Of a DNA stretch of 64,000 bases, positions 39,525-51,062 are shown one piece after another; position 1 is the first letter of the stretch; each line of letters begins with the position of its first letter. This DNA comes from Octopus bimaculoides (lineage: Eukaryota), in assembly GCF_001194135.2 (NCBI RefSeq), contig NC_068991.1:24564209-24628208 (forward strand), in the 5' to 3' direction. The position numbers were made by a program, and so were the translations under genes. A model generated the notes under the pieces. It saw nothing but the letters and a program-made list of their open reading frames with translations. It was not told the origin of the DNA and did no database searches.

Positions 39525-39659
39525 CTTTATTTAAAAGCAGCAGAAATATAACAAAAAAACCGTTACTCTGATTTTCATGTTCCCGTTCATCTGATGAACG
39601 GGAACGTGAAACTCAGAGTAACGTTTTTTTTGTTATATTTCTGCTGCTTTTAAATAAAG
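39525..39659. repeat. Near-perfect palindrome (67-bp arms, 3 mismatches, 1-nt loop) centred on a hammerhead core motif
   Basis: 39525-39591 is the reverse complement of 39593-39659. The plus strand from 39591 reads CTGATGA-ACG ggaa CGT-GAAAC-TC a GA-GTA. Confidence 0.93.
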
Positions 39660-40073
39660 CATATTACTCTACCTCTGGTATTTGAGTACTCTTTTTTCCA
39701 CCTTGTTGCACATTTCATGTGCTTNNNNNNNNNNNNNNNNNNNNNNNNNNNNNNNNNNNNNNNNNNNNNNNNNNNNNNNNNNNNNNNNNNNNNNNNNNNN
39801 NNNNNNNNNNNNNNNNNNNNNNNNNNNNNNNNNNNNNNNNNNNNNNNNNNNNNNNNNNNNNNNNNNNNNNNNNNNNNNNNNNNNNNNNNNNNNNNNNNNN
39901 NNNNNNNNNNNNNNNNNNNNNNNNNNNNNNNNNNNNNNNNNNNNNNNNNNNNNNNNNNNNNNNNNNNNNNNNNNNNNNNNNNNNNNNNNNNNNNNNNNNN
40001 NNNNNNNNNNNNNNNNNNNNNNNNNNNNNNNNNNNNNNNNNNNNNNNNNNNNNNNNNNNNNNNNNNNNNNNNN

Positions 40074-40118
<45 letters not shown>

Positions 40119-40996
40119 TATGTATGCCTGTCTATACACACATAAATACACACATGCACATATATATTATATAAACTCACACAAATGCATATGCAGTTAG
40201 TAAGAACAAAGAGTTTTAAAAGAGAAAATGACCCAAATAGAACAGAAGAACAGAGATAGTATATATCCCCAAGGAGCCTATGTAATGCAGTAACTTGCAA
40301 CTCTTCAAAAGAAGCTATTCAGAACCTGGCTTTCTAAGATAGTACCTAAATGTAATGACTTTGTTGCAGTTCTCTTTTCTTTCCTTTCTTTTCTTGCTTT
40401 CTTTTTTCTTTTTTTTACTTAAACTGTTTTAAAGAATTCAAGCCCTAATGATTCATATGTTCTATTCTGGGTAGCTCACACCTAACAATCTAAAACTATA
40501 TTTGGTCAACTGTAAGAGAAAAAGATTTCCATGCCTGCAGAATTAACCAAAATATTTTCAAAGCTGGTAGAAGACTACAAAGTTAAAGCAGAAAGAAAAG
40601 AAGGGGGAAAACATAAAACACAAAACATTAAAAAAATAATAATAAATAAAACAAATCTCAGAAAACAAACAAAAATACTTTAAAATATGAAGTTATTTTG
40701 AACTAGTATCAAAGGAAATTCTCAGCTAAAAAGTAAATAATGGTCCTGGAATTTTAATTAGTAGTATTATTTTGAGGTATTTTCTTTTGATTAAAAAAGT
40801 GTTGAAGATAAAAACATAAGAATAAACCCTGTAGGAAAAATAATGCATGCGCACACACAAGTTAAAGCTGTAAATTATTTGAAAGAAAGATTGAAAAAAT
40901 CCACAAAGGAATCCATAGAAATATATGATAATGTATTTTGTTGAAGTTTTACTTGGAAAGATATATATATATATATATATAACCTGGTGTAGTACT

Positions 40997-41056
<60 letters not shown>

Positions 41057-41798
41057 GAAGCATTAGTTGAGTACAGAGTGGTAATATGAAAATGAGAAGA
41101 CAAAGGAATAAACGATTATCTTATGAACTTCATTAGCTTACAATAGTTTCTGTGATATGATGCAGTGGACTCATAGTTCAGTGCCTGAGTAACATTTTAT
41201 AGTTTTGTGCATAAATGTGATTTTTTTCCCAAATAAATTGCACTTCATATTCAAGGCTCCAATGAAACTATAAGGTGTTCTCATTTTGAACTGTTTCCAT
41301 CATAAACTAACATTATGGACACAGACATAGCTATGTGATTGAGAAGTTCATTTTGTAACCATGTGGTTTGGATCTCACGGCATGGGCAATTGTTTCTAAC
41401 ATAGCCACAGATCTGAGATTTGTGAGTGAAAGTGAGTACATAGAAATTGTAATTCATTTTGGGGTGCATAGATACATACTGCATAAGTTATGGTTTCATT
41501 CTCCCTTTCTTACCTCTAACCATAGAGGCCTAGAAAAGTAGTTATGGATGTTGTTCTTCCTCTGATCAAACTATAGTACAGAACATGCATGGACAACCTT
41601 TTATGAGAAGTGGGTCACATGAGACATAGCTTATCATCAGGTGGGCTGAACAATTGAAAAAATTTGAAGTAACTTTTCATTTGACACACCAATCTGAAAG
41701 ACCTGCAGGCTGCAAGTTGCCCACAACTGGTAAAGAAATTAAATAAACATGGTACCTGAATAGAAGAATGAAGACTGAAAACAAAACAAAATACTCAC

Positions 41799-42033
41799 TT
41801 CAGCTGAACCTTGAAATGATTCCGTTGCTTTATTGATGGGAAAGTCAGATAAGATCCTTTGAAGAAGCGGCGAGTAGTCAATTCACAGAATTTGTTATGA
41901 TAATCCATACCAGAGCATCCTTTACAATAGAAGCCACCAACTTCAAGAGGTTCACATACAGAAGGGGGTTTACATATATTCTTTGGACAATTCTTTCCAA
42001 AATTTTGAAACAGATCCATTTCACAATTTTTGC
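41799..42033 (-). CDS. Celsr: Celsr/flamingo coding exon (235 bp, phase 1 to 2): EGF-like repeat and start of laminin-G domain 1
   Basis: Translates (G)KNCEMDLFQNFGKNCPKNICKPPSVCEPLEVGGFYCKGCSGMDYHNKFCELTTRRFFKGSYLTFPSIKQRNHFKVQL, matching Celsr CExTTRSF...SFxTFxxLRQRFHF. Acceptor is ccag and donor is GTGAGT. Phases fit both neighbouring exons. Confidence 0.95.
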
Positions 42034-42302
42034 CTGGAATAATAATTATAACAAAGCATAAGACCAGAGTGTAAGAATATACACATAGCAATGTAAATTA
42101 TTCCTATAATAAAAATATTTATAGATGTGTGTGTGTGTGTGTGTGTGTGCACGCACACACAAGCATAAATGCTTGTGTCTATTACAGGCATGTTATATTT
42201 GTATGTCTATATGTATGTATGTGTGTCGATGGATGGATGGATAGATAGAAAGATGTAGATATAGATATAATGCATGGACAATGAACAAAAAAAATGTATA
42301 TA

Positions 42303-42333
<31 letters not shown>

Positions 42334-42344
42334 AACTCTGCATG

Positions 42345-42570
42345 TGTGTGTGTGTGTGTGAGGACAGCTGTGTGAAGAAGTGTCACATTCTAATGGTGCT
42401 GGGAACCTGTGGAAGAGGTAGACCCAGGAGGCCTCATGGAAGTAATGACAAGCAACTGAGACGTTTAGTGATATGCTGTGCTTGAGAAGACCTGTCAAAC
42501 CAAGTGAGATTGTAGTTATGACCGATGCCAGTATTGCATAACTGGCCCATTAAAAGCACCTTTGAAACTA
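42345..42570 (+). mobile_element. RTE LINE internal fragment
   Basis: Reads EDSCVKKCHILMVLGTCGRGRPRR. It is the reverse complement of part of 2600-2900. Confidence 0.75.
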
Positions 42571-43536
42571 TTCACAGAGGCTATCTTAGTACCAAACAGT
42601 TTATAGAAGAAAAAAAATGGAGAAAGCAAAACAAAACAGACTGATGAAGAGAGTATAAAAATTATACCTTAATAATTTCTATAGATGATTTGATATACTG
42701 AAGTAATTTCATTTATTAATATATTCTGTAAAGGAATTATAGGGCTTTTATTTTTTACCAAGTGATAACATTTATTCAATAAATCAACTATGATCAGGTA
42801 GGATTAAATAAAACAGACAAGGTAGATTTTTCTTCTTGTATATTTATAAACCTTTTAATGCCAAACAAATTTATATTGCTTGTACTAAAGTATTAGTTTT
42901 AAGTTAAAATCTCATGATAACATGAATGGTACATAATATGGGATTTCAGTTGGGTAACATCAGTGTAACATATAGTAATATACAAAGTTACAGATATTTT
43001 ACTACACACCTCTAAAATCTTGGTTATAATCAAAAATTAATGAAACACTCAGTCAGTCTACTTATTAGAGATATAGTCAGAAAAGGATTATGTCATGTAC
43101 AATCTACAGTGTATATAGCAACAAATTAGAATAAGTTTGCTTTGGGTTTTGCTCACAGTTGCTAGTTTAGATTGTCACAATTCTAGTAGCTAACTTGACA
43201 TGACATCTCACCATCACCACTACCACTACCATCAACACCACTAGTTTCTTGATCCACCTGTCTTTTAAAGGAAATGTCTGGCTGGTTTTACTTCTCAATC
43301 AAATACAACTACAGCCTATTGTTTACATTTGATTCCAATGGTACAGACATGTCTGAGAATGTCAACTTTTATGGTAATCTATGATATACACTTTCAGCTA
43401 AGGAACTAAATGTAAGAGTAAGGTATAGGGTTGTATGCCAGAGCAAGAGAGTAAGAGTTTTGTGTGTGTGTATAACACCTTCTCTATCTCTCTTTCCCTC
43501 TCTCTCTCTCTCTTTCCTTCTCTATCTCTCTCTCTT

Positions 43537-43620
<84 letters not shown>

Positions 43621-43769
43621 TATATAAATACAAAATACAAATACTATTCTTCTCATACACACATACATATTTTATATTTACATTAGATCCTAAGGTAAAA
43701 TTTCTATTGACTCACACCGAGATGTACATGAAATTTATTGATATAACATCTTTGTTTTCAATAGTTTAT

Positions 43770-44396
43770 TCATCATCATCATCATCATCATCATCATTTA
43801 AGGTCCGCATTCCATGCTGGCATGGGTTGGACGGTTTGACTGATGGCTGATGCCAGATGGCTGCACCAGGCTCCAATCTGATCTGGCAGAGTTTCTATAG
43901 CTGGATGCCCTTCCTAATGCCAACCACTCTGGGAGTGTAGTGGGTGCTTTTACGTGCTACCGGCACGAGGGCCAGTTGGGTGGTACTGGCAACGGCCATG
44001 CTCAAAAGGTGTTTCTATGTGTCACCTGCACAGGAACCAGTCCAGCGGCACTAGCAACATCCTCACTTGAATGTTGTTTTCCACGTACCACCGGCACAAG
44101 TGCCAGTAAGGCGACGCTGGTAATGATCACGTTCAAACGGTGCTTTTTACGTGCCACCAGCACAGGGGCCAGTCAGCGGCCCTGTCAACGATCACGCTCG
44201 GATGGTGCTCTTAGTGCTCCACTAGCATGGATACCAGTCATGCGGTGCTGTCATTGAATTTGATTTCGATTTCACTTGCCTCAACAGGTCTTCACAAGCA
44301 GAGTTTAGTGTCCGATGAAAGAAAGGTATGCCTAAGTGGGCTGGTTACACCACTGGCATAGGCCACAAGTTATGGTCTCACTTAGCTTGCCGGGTC

Positions 44397-44400
<4 letters not shown>
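43770..44400 (-). mobile_element. RTE LINE 3'UTR fragment with (CAT)n tail and internal approximately 55-60-bp tandem units
   Basis: Colinear with 2262-2720. The motif gtgctttttacgtgccacc..cac...gccagt...gg is repeated. Confidence 0.85.
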
Positions 44401-44452
<52 letters not shown>

Positions 44453-45226
44453 CATCATTATTATTCCTCATCATTAAGCTACAACTTCATCTATTCCATA
44501 AGCAACTACAGTTTCACTCCAGTCACACCACAGTACCATATATCAGTATACTCTTAAACCATTCTTTCAGCTTTAAATCACAGTTAATCTTGGTTTTTAC
44601 TTTCTCTGATAATTTAGATCATTGTGCTAAATCCCACTTTACACACATAAACATACATATACACAAACACACTCTCTCTCTCTCCCTCTCATTCTCTTTC
44701 TCTCCACATACAGACATATACTTACCTATATAAATTAAGTGCATATTGCACAATCATTTAAATGAGAAATTACCATCTTTAAAGTAAAACACATGAATTA
44801 GAGAAAAATGATGGTTTGTTGGCAAAAATAAGTTCAACAACACTCACAAATTGGAAATTTTTTTTTTTTTTTTTTTTTCTGTGAGAATAGAATTCCATTA
44901 GAATTCTCTATCTATTGCACAAGAACATATTGCATTAAAATGATAAATCTATTAACTTCAACTATCAGTTAAAATTGTAAATGATTTTATCTTCTAGTTT
45001 TATACCATATAACACAATTGTGAAGTTAACAGCTTTTGACAAACTTACTCTCCCCCCCATTTTTACACTCTCCCCATGGGGGGAAACTCAGCGATAAAAA
45101 TCCTTAGTTATATAGAGGGGGGCAAAAGAGAGAGAGTGGGAAGAGTGAGAGGAGAGTGAGAGAGATGAGAGAGGGAGGGAATGAGATAGAGATAGATATA
45201 CATATATATAAACATATACACACATA

Positions 45227-45410
45227 CAGTGTATCCCCCCTGCTTATTTGCAGTTTGGCATTCATGGTCCCAGTTATTTGCAGGACGAATATTTGTTTGC
45301 GGAAACCACCACATATTCGTAGAATCATAAATATTGTCCGCAATTTTTTATGACTTCTTTCATGACAATCCCTCTCCCTCTCTTATTATTATTATTGTTA
45401 TCATCATCAC

Positions 45411-45449
<39 letters not shown>

Positions 45450-46870
45450 ATAGATTACTGTATCTCACTAGATACAAACTAAACTTTTAAAACCATGATT
45501 ATTTTTAATGTCTGCTCAATTTCCCATTGGTGGTATGCACAAGGAAGATATTTTGTACGTTTTTGGGGGAAAAACTTCATCCAGTAGCTATCTCAAGTGT
45601 TTTGTTGAGTGTTGTGTTTTTTGCAACATGTTATTAAAGCCCTAAGATGCCACCCAAACACCCTACACCGTCTAAGGCTTCTGGCAGTGAAACTAAGCAC
45701 CAAAAAAAGATTATGATGTTCCATAAGAAGGCACAACTGCTGGATATGCTCCAGGAAGGTAAAAGTTATGCTGCAGTAGGTCACTGTTATGATGTCGACG
45801 AAAGCACTATATGCTACATAAAGAAGAACGAGGTGATGATCAGGACTACTGTAACAGTAAGTTTCTGTGAAAGTGCCAAAAAGATAACGACAGTGAGAAA
45901 TAAGTACTTCATCAGGATGGAATCTACCTTGACATTGTGGATCAGTAACTGCAAGAAAGTGCAGAAATTATACCAGCAGTTCGACAGACAAGATGGAGCA
46001 GAAAGCATTGGAGAACTGCAACCAAGACCATTGACAGCACTGGAGCCCAAAGATTTTCAAACCAGCAAGGGATGGTTTGACCATTTCCAGAAACGGTTTA
46101 AAATAAAGTGTGTATCCCTGCATGGAGAGACAGCATCAGCTGACAAAGAAGCTGCCGAGAAGTACCTTGAGATCTTCAGGCAGATCATTGAGGACAAGGG
46201 ATACAAGCCAGAACAGTTTTCCAATATGGACGAGACTGGCTTATTCTGGGAGAAGATGCCTTCCAGAATGTACAACATGAAGGATGAAGCCAAGCATTTA
46301 AGGCACAGAAAGTTAGAGTAATACTAATTATGTGTGGCAATGCTGCTGGATTCATGATGAAACCATGACTTATCTACAAGTCAGTGAACCCAAAGGCCTT
46401 CAAAAATAAGAATAAAAACCTGCTGCCTGTCCACTGGATGCACAACCCCAAGGCCTGGATTATAAAAACTCTAACTTTGAATTGATTCCACCAATGCGTC
46501 ATCCTTCAAGCCAAGGAATACTTCCAAAACATATGCATGGAATTCAAAGTGTCGCTGGTGATTATTCTTAGGATTTGAATCAGGAGGCAATCCAAGCCGA
46601 GTTCCTCCCTGCTAACATCACCTCCCTCATCCAGCCTATGGATCAAGGTGTGATCCATGCCTTCAAGGCACTTTACACTCAGAACTCTCTCCAACACCTT
46701 GTGGATGCAATGGATTCAGATGAGAATTTCAAGTTAAAGGAGTACTGGCATAATTTCACAATCACAACATGCTTGTCAGTCATGAAAAAAGAAACCCTCA
46801 TTGCATGCTGGACAAAGGTGAGGCCAGAGTGTGTCCAAGACTACGACGGCTTCTTACCTGAAGATATTCA
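45227..46870 (+). mobile_element. Tigger/pogo (TIGD1-like) DNA transposon, 3'-truncated; 224-aa ORF at 45647-46321
   Basis: TA followed by CAGT...cccccc forms a pogo-type TIR. The ORF has CENP-B-like HTH motifs, FQTSKGWFDHFQKRF, LHGETASAD and FSNMDETGLFWEKMP. Frameshifted continuation reads CGNAAGFMMKP...WMHNPKAW and FLPANITSLIQPMDQGVIHAFKALY. Confidence 0.93.
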
Positions 46871-46898
46871 GCATATATATATACATACTAGCAATGCA

Positions 46899-47165
46899 TC
46901 CCTTCCTCCACTTTGCCCATCCATCACCTACCCACTTTCAAAAAGCTAAAATCTCACAATGTTTCACGCATGCGTAGAATTGTACTGAAATAGCAGATAT
47001 AAAAAATACTAGAACACCACCAGAAAACCCAACATGCTAGAAACAATAGGTAAACAACATTACTTCTGAAGAAACTCTCTCACTGTCCAAAAAGCTAAAA
47101 GTGAAACATTGGGAGTTTGTAGCTTTTTGAAAGTGGTGAGGTGATGGGTGGATGTTTGGGAAGGA
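46899..47165. repeat. Imperfect inverted repeat (approximately 52-bp core arms, 133-bp spacer)
   Basis: catcacctacccactttcaaaaagctaaaatctcacaatgtttcac pairs with gtgaaacattgggagtttgtagctttttgaaagtggtgaggtgatg. Confidence 0.8.
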
Positions 47166-47959
47166 GATTTTAGTGTTTCTTTAAGAAAAAAAAGAAGAAA
47201 ATTCTTAAAGATTCGTACTCTCAATTTTTTTTTCTTCATGGATTACCAAGAAAACAATTTGGAAAAAAGTAAAAAATGAGGAATTTCGGGTGAGGAGGAA
47301 GAAAATTAAAATATTGAGAATGTGTTTTGTGAGTAAAATCCTAATCTCCTGTATCAAAAACATAGGAATCAGAAGAAATTTAGGAAAAAAAAATCAAGGA
47401 TGGGGTGGGGCACAAATTTTACCTCATACATACATGTTAATCTCTCCTACACTGGTATAAAAGCCACCAATTACCTGGAAGTTTCATAACAGTGCTCTTC
47501 ACATCCCTTATAGATTTTCCCTAAGCACTTTTCTAATAAGAATGGTTTACAAACCACCAGTTTTAAATTTCAACCAATACACATAAACTTTATTTTATTA
47601 TATTTAACTGTAAGGTTACATTCTCAATACTCAATGATAGATTATCCAATTCTTTGGAGGGTTTCATTCCTTGACTTCCTAATACCTATATTGTTTTTAT
47701 CTTTTTCTTGATTTCAGTCTTTTTACCTGAAATGTTAGGAATTTTTCAGCCCTAAATTTTTCATTTGTATTAGCCCTAACGCCTAATCCTTTACAAGACT
47801 TAATTTATTTCAAACTACATGGACAACAGGTTTCTGCTTTTACAATTTTCTTTAGTAACATAACTGAATCTTCTCCACCTCCATACATTTCCTTCTTTTA
47901 CCTTATTACTCACTTTGATCCCATGCACATTTTCACAGAGTATGTCTTAGACACATGTT

Positions 47960-48210
47960 GGTGTCACATAAAAAGCACCCACATTAGTGCCACATAAAAA
48001 GCACCTGTGCTAGTTCCACATTAAAAGCATCAAGTACACTCTGTAAAGTGGTTGGTGTTAGGAAGGAATCTGGCCATAGAAAGCTTGCTATAACAGACAA
48101 TTGGGGCCTGGTGCAGCTCTCCAGCTGACCAGCTCCTGTCAAACCAACCAACTCATGCCAGCATGGAAAATGGATATTAAATAATAATGATAATGATGAT
48201 GATGATGCCT
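47960..48210 (+). mobile_element. RTE-type 3' end, plus orientation, with (GAT)n tail; related remnant at 7810-7930
   Basis: ctcctgtcaaaccaaccaactcatgccagcatggaaaatggatattaaat...gatgatg is the reverse complement of the (cat)n-headed copies. Confidence 0.7.
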
Positions 48211-49209
48211 TAGATCCATTTCACTTCATCACACGTATCTATTTTGTGTAGCATTCTTCCATCTATCTTTAAGTTATACCTGTAATTTGTCATATTTCAT
48301 TTCCATTTTGTTTCATTTCACTTCTCCTTTAACCCTCTCATAACATCCCATCATCATCATCTACAGCCCAGTCATATGGGTATGTAGCATTTCTCTTGTC
48401 ATAACTCGAATATGTTTCGTAATAGCAGTAGCAGTATTCTCTTCCTCACTTGACTGTTCAGTTTACACCTTAAACTTATATTGGGTACTAACAATTTTAT
48501 TGCTCTACAGCCCATTATACTTCCCCCAATCACTCCCTCGTGTCCTTTGTTTCTGCCAGTCAAGCATAATTAACTCTCCACCTTGCAACATAGGAGTTTT
48601 AATTAACGAACTTACTAATTAGCTAATGAATAGGCTGTTCGTTTGCTTAATACTTAATCATGCTAAAATTTTATTTGATTCTATTAGTCCACTCATTCCA
48701 ATGGATTCTGTGTATGCTTTTACTCTTTTCATTTTATTTTTTTTTTACATTTTACCTTATAATTTTTTTATTTATTTATTCTCCTCCTTCCACTTCTCAA
48801 AATATGGAAATCAATGGTTCACTGATATATGTTTTGATGCATATGTCAATTTTCTGTCAATCCACTTTAACAGGCTGCAGTGGAATGCATATCAAACAAC
48901 AACCATCCACAACAATTTTGTAATCTTTATCCTTATAACTACTGCATCCCTCTACAGATTGCCTTAGAATTTTATTGCCAGTTACTTTTTCCCTCACTTA
49001 GAACACTCCTACATCCCAAATTATCACATTTTTACCCAAGCATTTATTTATTTATTTTTCCATCACCTTTATTACTGCTGCCATCATCATCATCTTCCTT
49101 TATCCTTATTATTGTTGCTATTATTAATGTGTTTGTTTCTTAATGGTGATAAGTATTAATTATTATTAAATATAATATAATAAATATAAGTTATTATTAT
49201 GACCCTTAT

Positions 49210-49661
49210 TGCGGCAGCAAGCTGGCAGATTTGTTAGCACAATGGACAAAATGCTTAGCAGTATTTTGTCTGTCTTTATGTTCTGCATTCAAGTTTTGCC
49301 AAGGTTGACTTCGCCTCTCATTCTTTCAGGATTGATAAACTAGGTACCACTCAAGTACTGCGGTTAATGTAATCAACTAGCCTCCTCCTCTAAAATTTCA
49401 GATCTTATGCTGATAGTAGAAAGGATTATTATCATTACTATTATTATTAAGGTGACAAACTGGCAGAATTGTTACTGCACTGGAAAAATGTTTAACAACA
49501 TTTTTTCTGGCTTTACATTCTGAGTTCAAATACTGCTGAGGTTAACTTTGCCTCTCATCTTTCCGGGGTTGATGAAATAAGTACCAGTTGTACACTCTGG
49601 TCAATGCAATCTACTAGCCTCCTCCTCATAAATTTCAGGCTTTCAGCCTATAGTAAAAAGG

Positions 49662-49690
<29 letters not shown>
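49210..49690 (+). repeat. Tandem pair of the approximately 210-bp SINE-like unit separated by (ATT)n
   Basis: Two complete units at about 49210-49445 and 49448-49690. Confidence 0.85.
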
Positions 49691-49692
<2 letters not shown>

Positions 49693-50267
49693 GTGTTAAT
49701 AATATTATTTGAATCTCCCGCTTTTCTTCTGACTTATTTGTTTTCTATTGTTATTATTATTGCTACATTTTTCTTTTATTATTTTTAATATGCTATCCTT
49801 GTCATCATCATTGTTGACTCTAATATTTTCTATATTGGTTACTACAAACATTTCTGATTTATTACTACCCTGGGTCTTATAAATGCCCCTTGTACCACTA
49901 CTATTAATTCTATTACTGTTGGCGTTTGTATTATTGTTGTTATTATTTTTATCCCTTTTCTTCTTCTTCTTCTTCTTCTTTCTTGTCACACCACCATCAT
50001 TATTATTTTGGTACTCATTGTCCTGTTTCTTCTCTATACACACCACAACAAATACATATTCTTTATACAATGCAAAGAGGCATGACTTAATGCTAGTCTC
50101 ATGAAATGTCATTCTAACATAATCAACCACACATATTGTGTGATTTTTTTCACACAGAATCATTTACATGCAATGTGGTTAGAAACAGAGTGGCACAGAA
50201 ACAATTGTAATGAATATTAAAGATGTGCTAAATTCATTCTTTGTTTTCTAGTATTATATACATATTA

Positions 50268-50370
<103 letters not shown>

Positions 50371-50795
50371 TAAATTAGGGTACCAGAATACAACTTGCTA
50401 GAAATAGGAGTTAACACCCCACTTCCACAAATCTCTTGCTATTAAGAAACACACATGAGGAATGTAACGAATATAATAAAAATAGGCCTTACCTTGCATA
50501 AACCACAAAGGAAGAACAGATATCTTGGTATCAATTGATTTCACCTTTTCTATGTTATTACTTAAGGATCATTAGCCAAGCCTACTGTATTCATCTATTT
50601 TTCAAAATATTCATTTCATTACACCGTGCGTGTTCCTTAATAGTGAGAAATTTGTGGATCTGGAGTATTAACTCCTATCTCTAGCAAGTGGCATTCCGAT
50701 ACCCTAATTTATTTATTTGTATATTTTACCTATATAGGTTAAACTAGCTGGGTACTTTATTATTATTGTTATTTTCAATAATGGTAATAATGCTT

Positions 50796-50855
<60 letters not shown>

Positions 50856-50991
50856 TAAAGTATGTATGTATGTGTGAATGTGTGCATACATATGTATATA
50901 TATATATATATTTTACAGGCAAGAAAATAAATTTTGAACACGGTTATAGGTGGAAAAACAGCAGAAAGATTGGGTATTTTATCCTTAAACA

Positions 50992-51062
50992 GACAGCTAC
51001 GGGACTCGAACTCGTACCCCTCAGATACTGGCTGAGTACTCTACCATTAAGCTAAACAGCCC
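50992..51062 (-). pseudogene. tRNA-like sequence (AGT anticodon position, Thr-like); pseudogene or SINE head, not a functional tRNA
   Basis: Contains tagcttaatggtagag (D-arm), ctcag-ccagtat-ctgag (anticodon arm) and gagttcgagtccc (T-loop). The acceptor stem does not pair and position 33 is C. Confidence 0.65.

Noticed and set aside
41900-41945. Atypical C-x-x-C spacing (YCKGC) in the third EGF repeat
   Set aside because: All six cysteines are present, and as I recall this repeat varies among invertebrate Celsr proteins. There is not enough evidence to call it novel.
43940-44230. Regularly spaced repeats that superficially resemble a CRISPR array
   Set aside because: The context is eukaryotic, the units are degenerate, the spacers are not unique, there are no cas genes, and the region is the RTE 3'UTR.
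50992-51062. Functional tRNA-Thr gene
   Set aside because: The acceptor stem cannot pair, position 33 is C and the T-stem has a mismatch. Treated as a pseudogene or SINE head.
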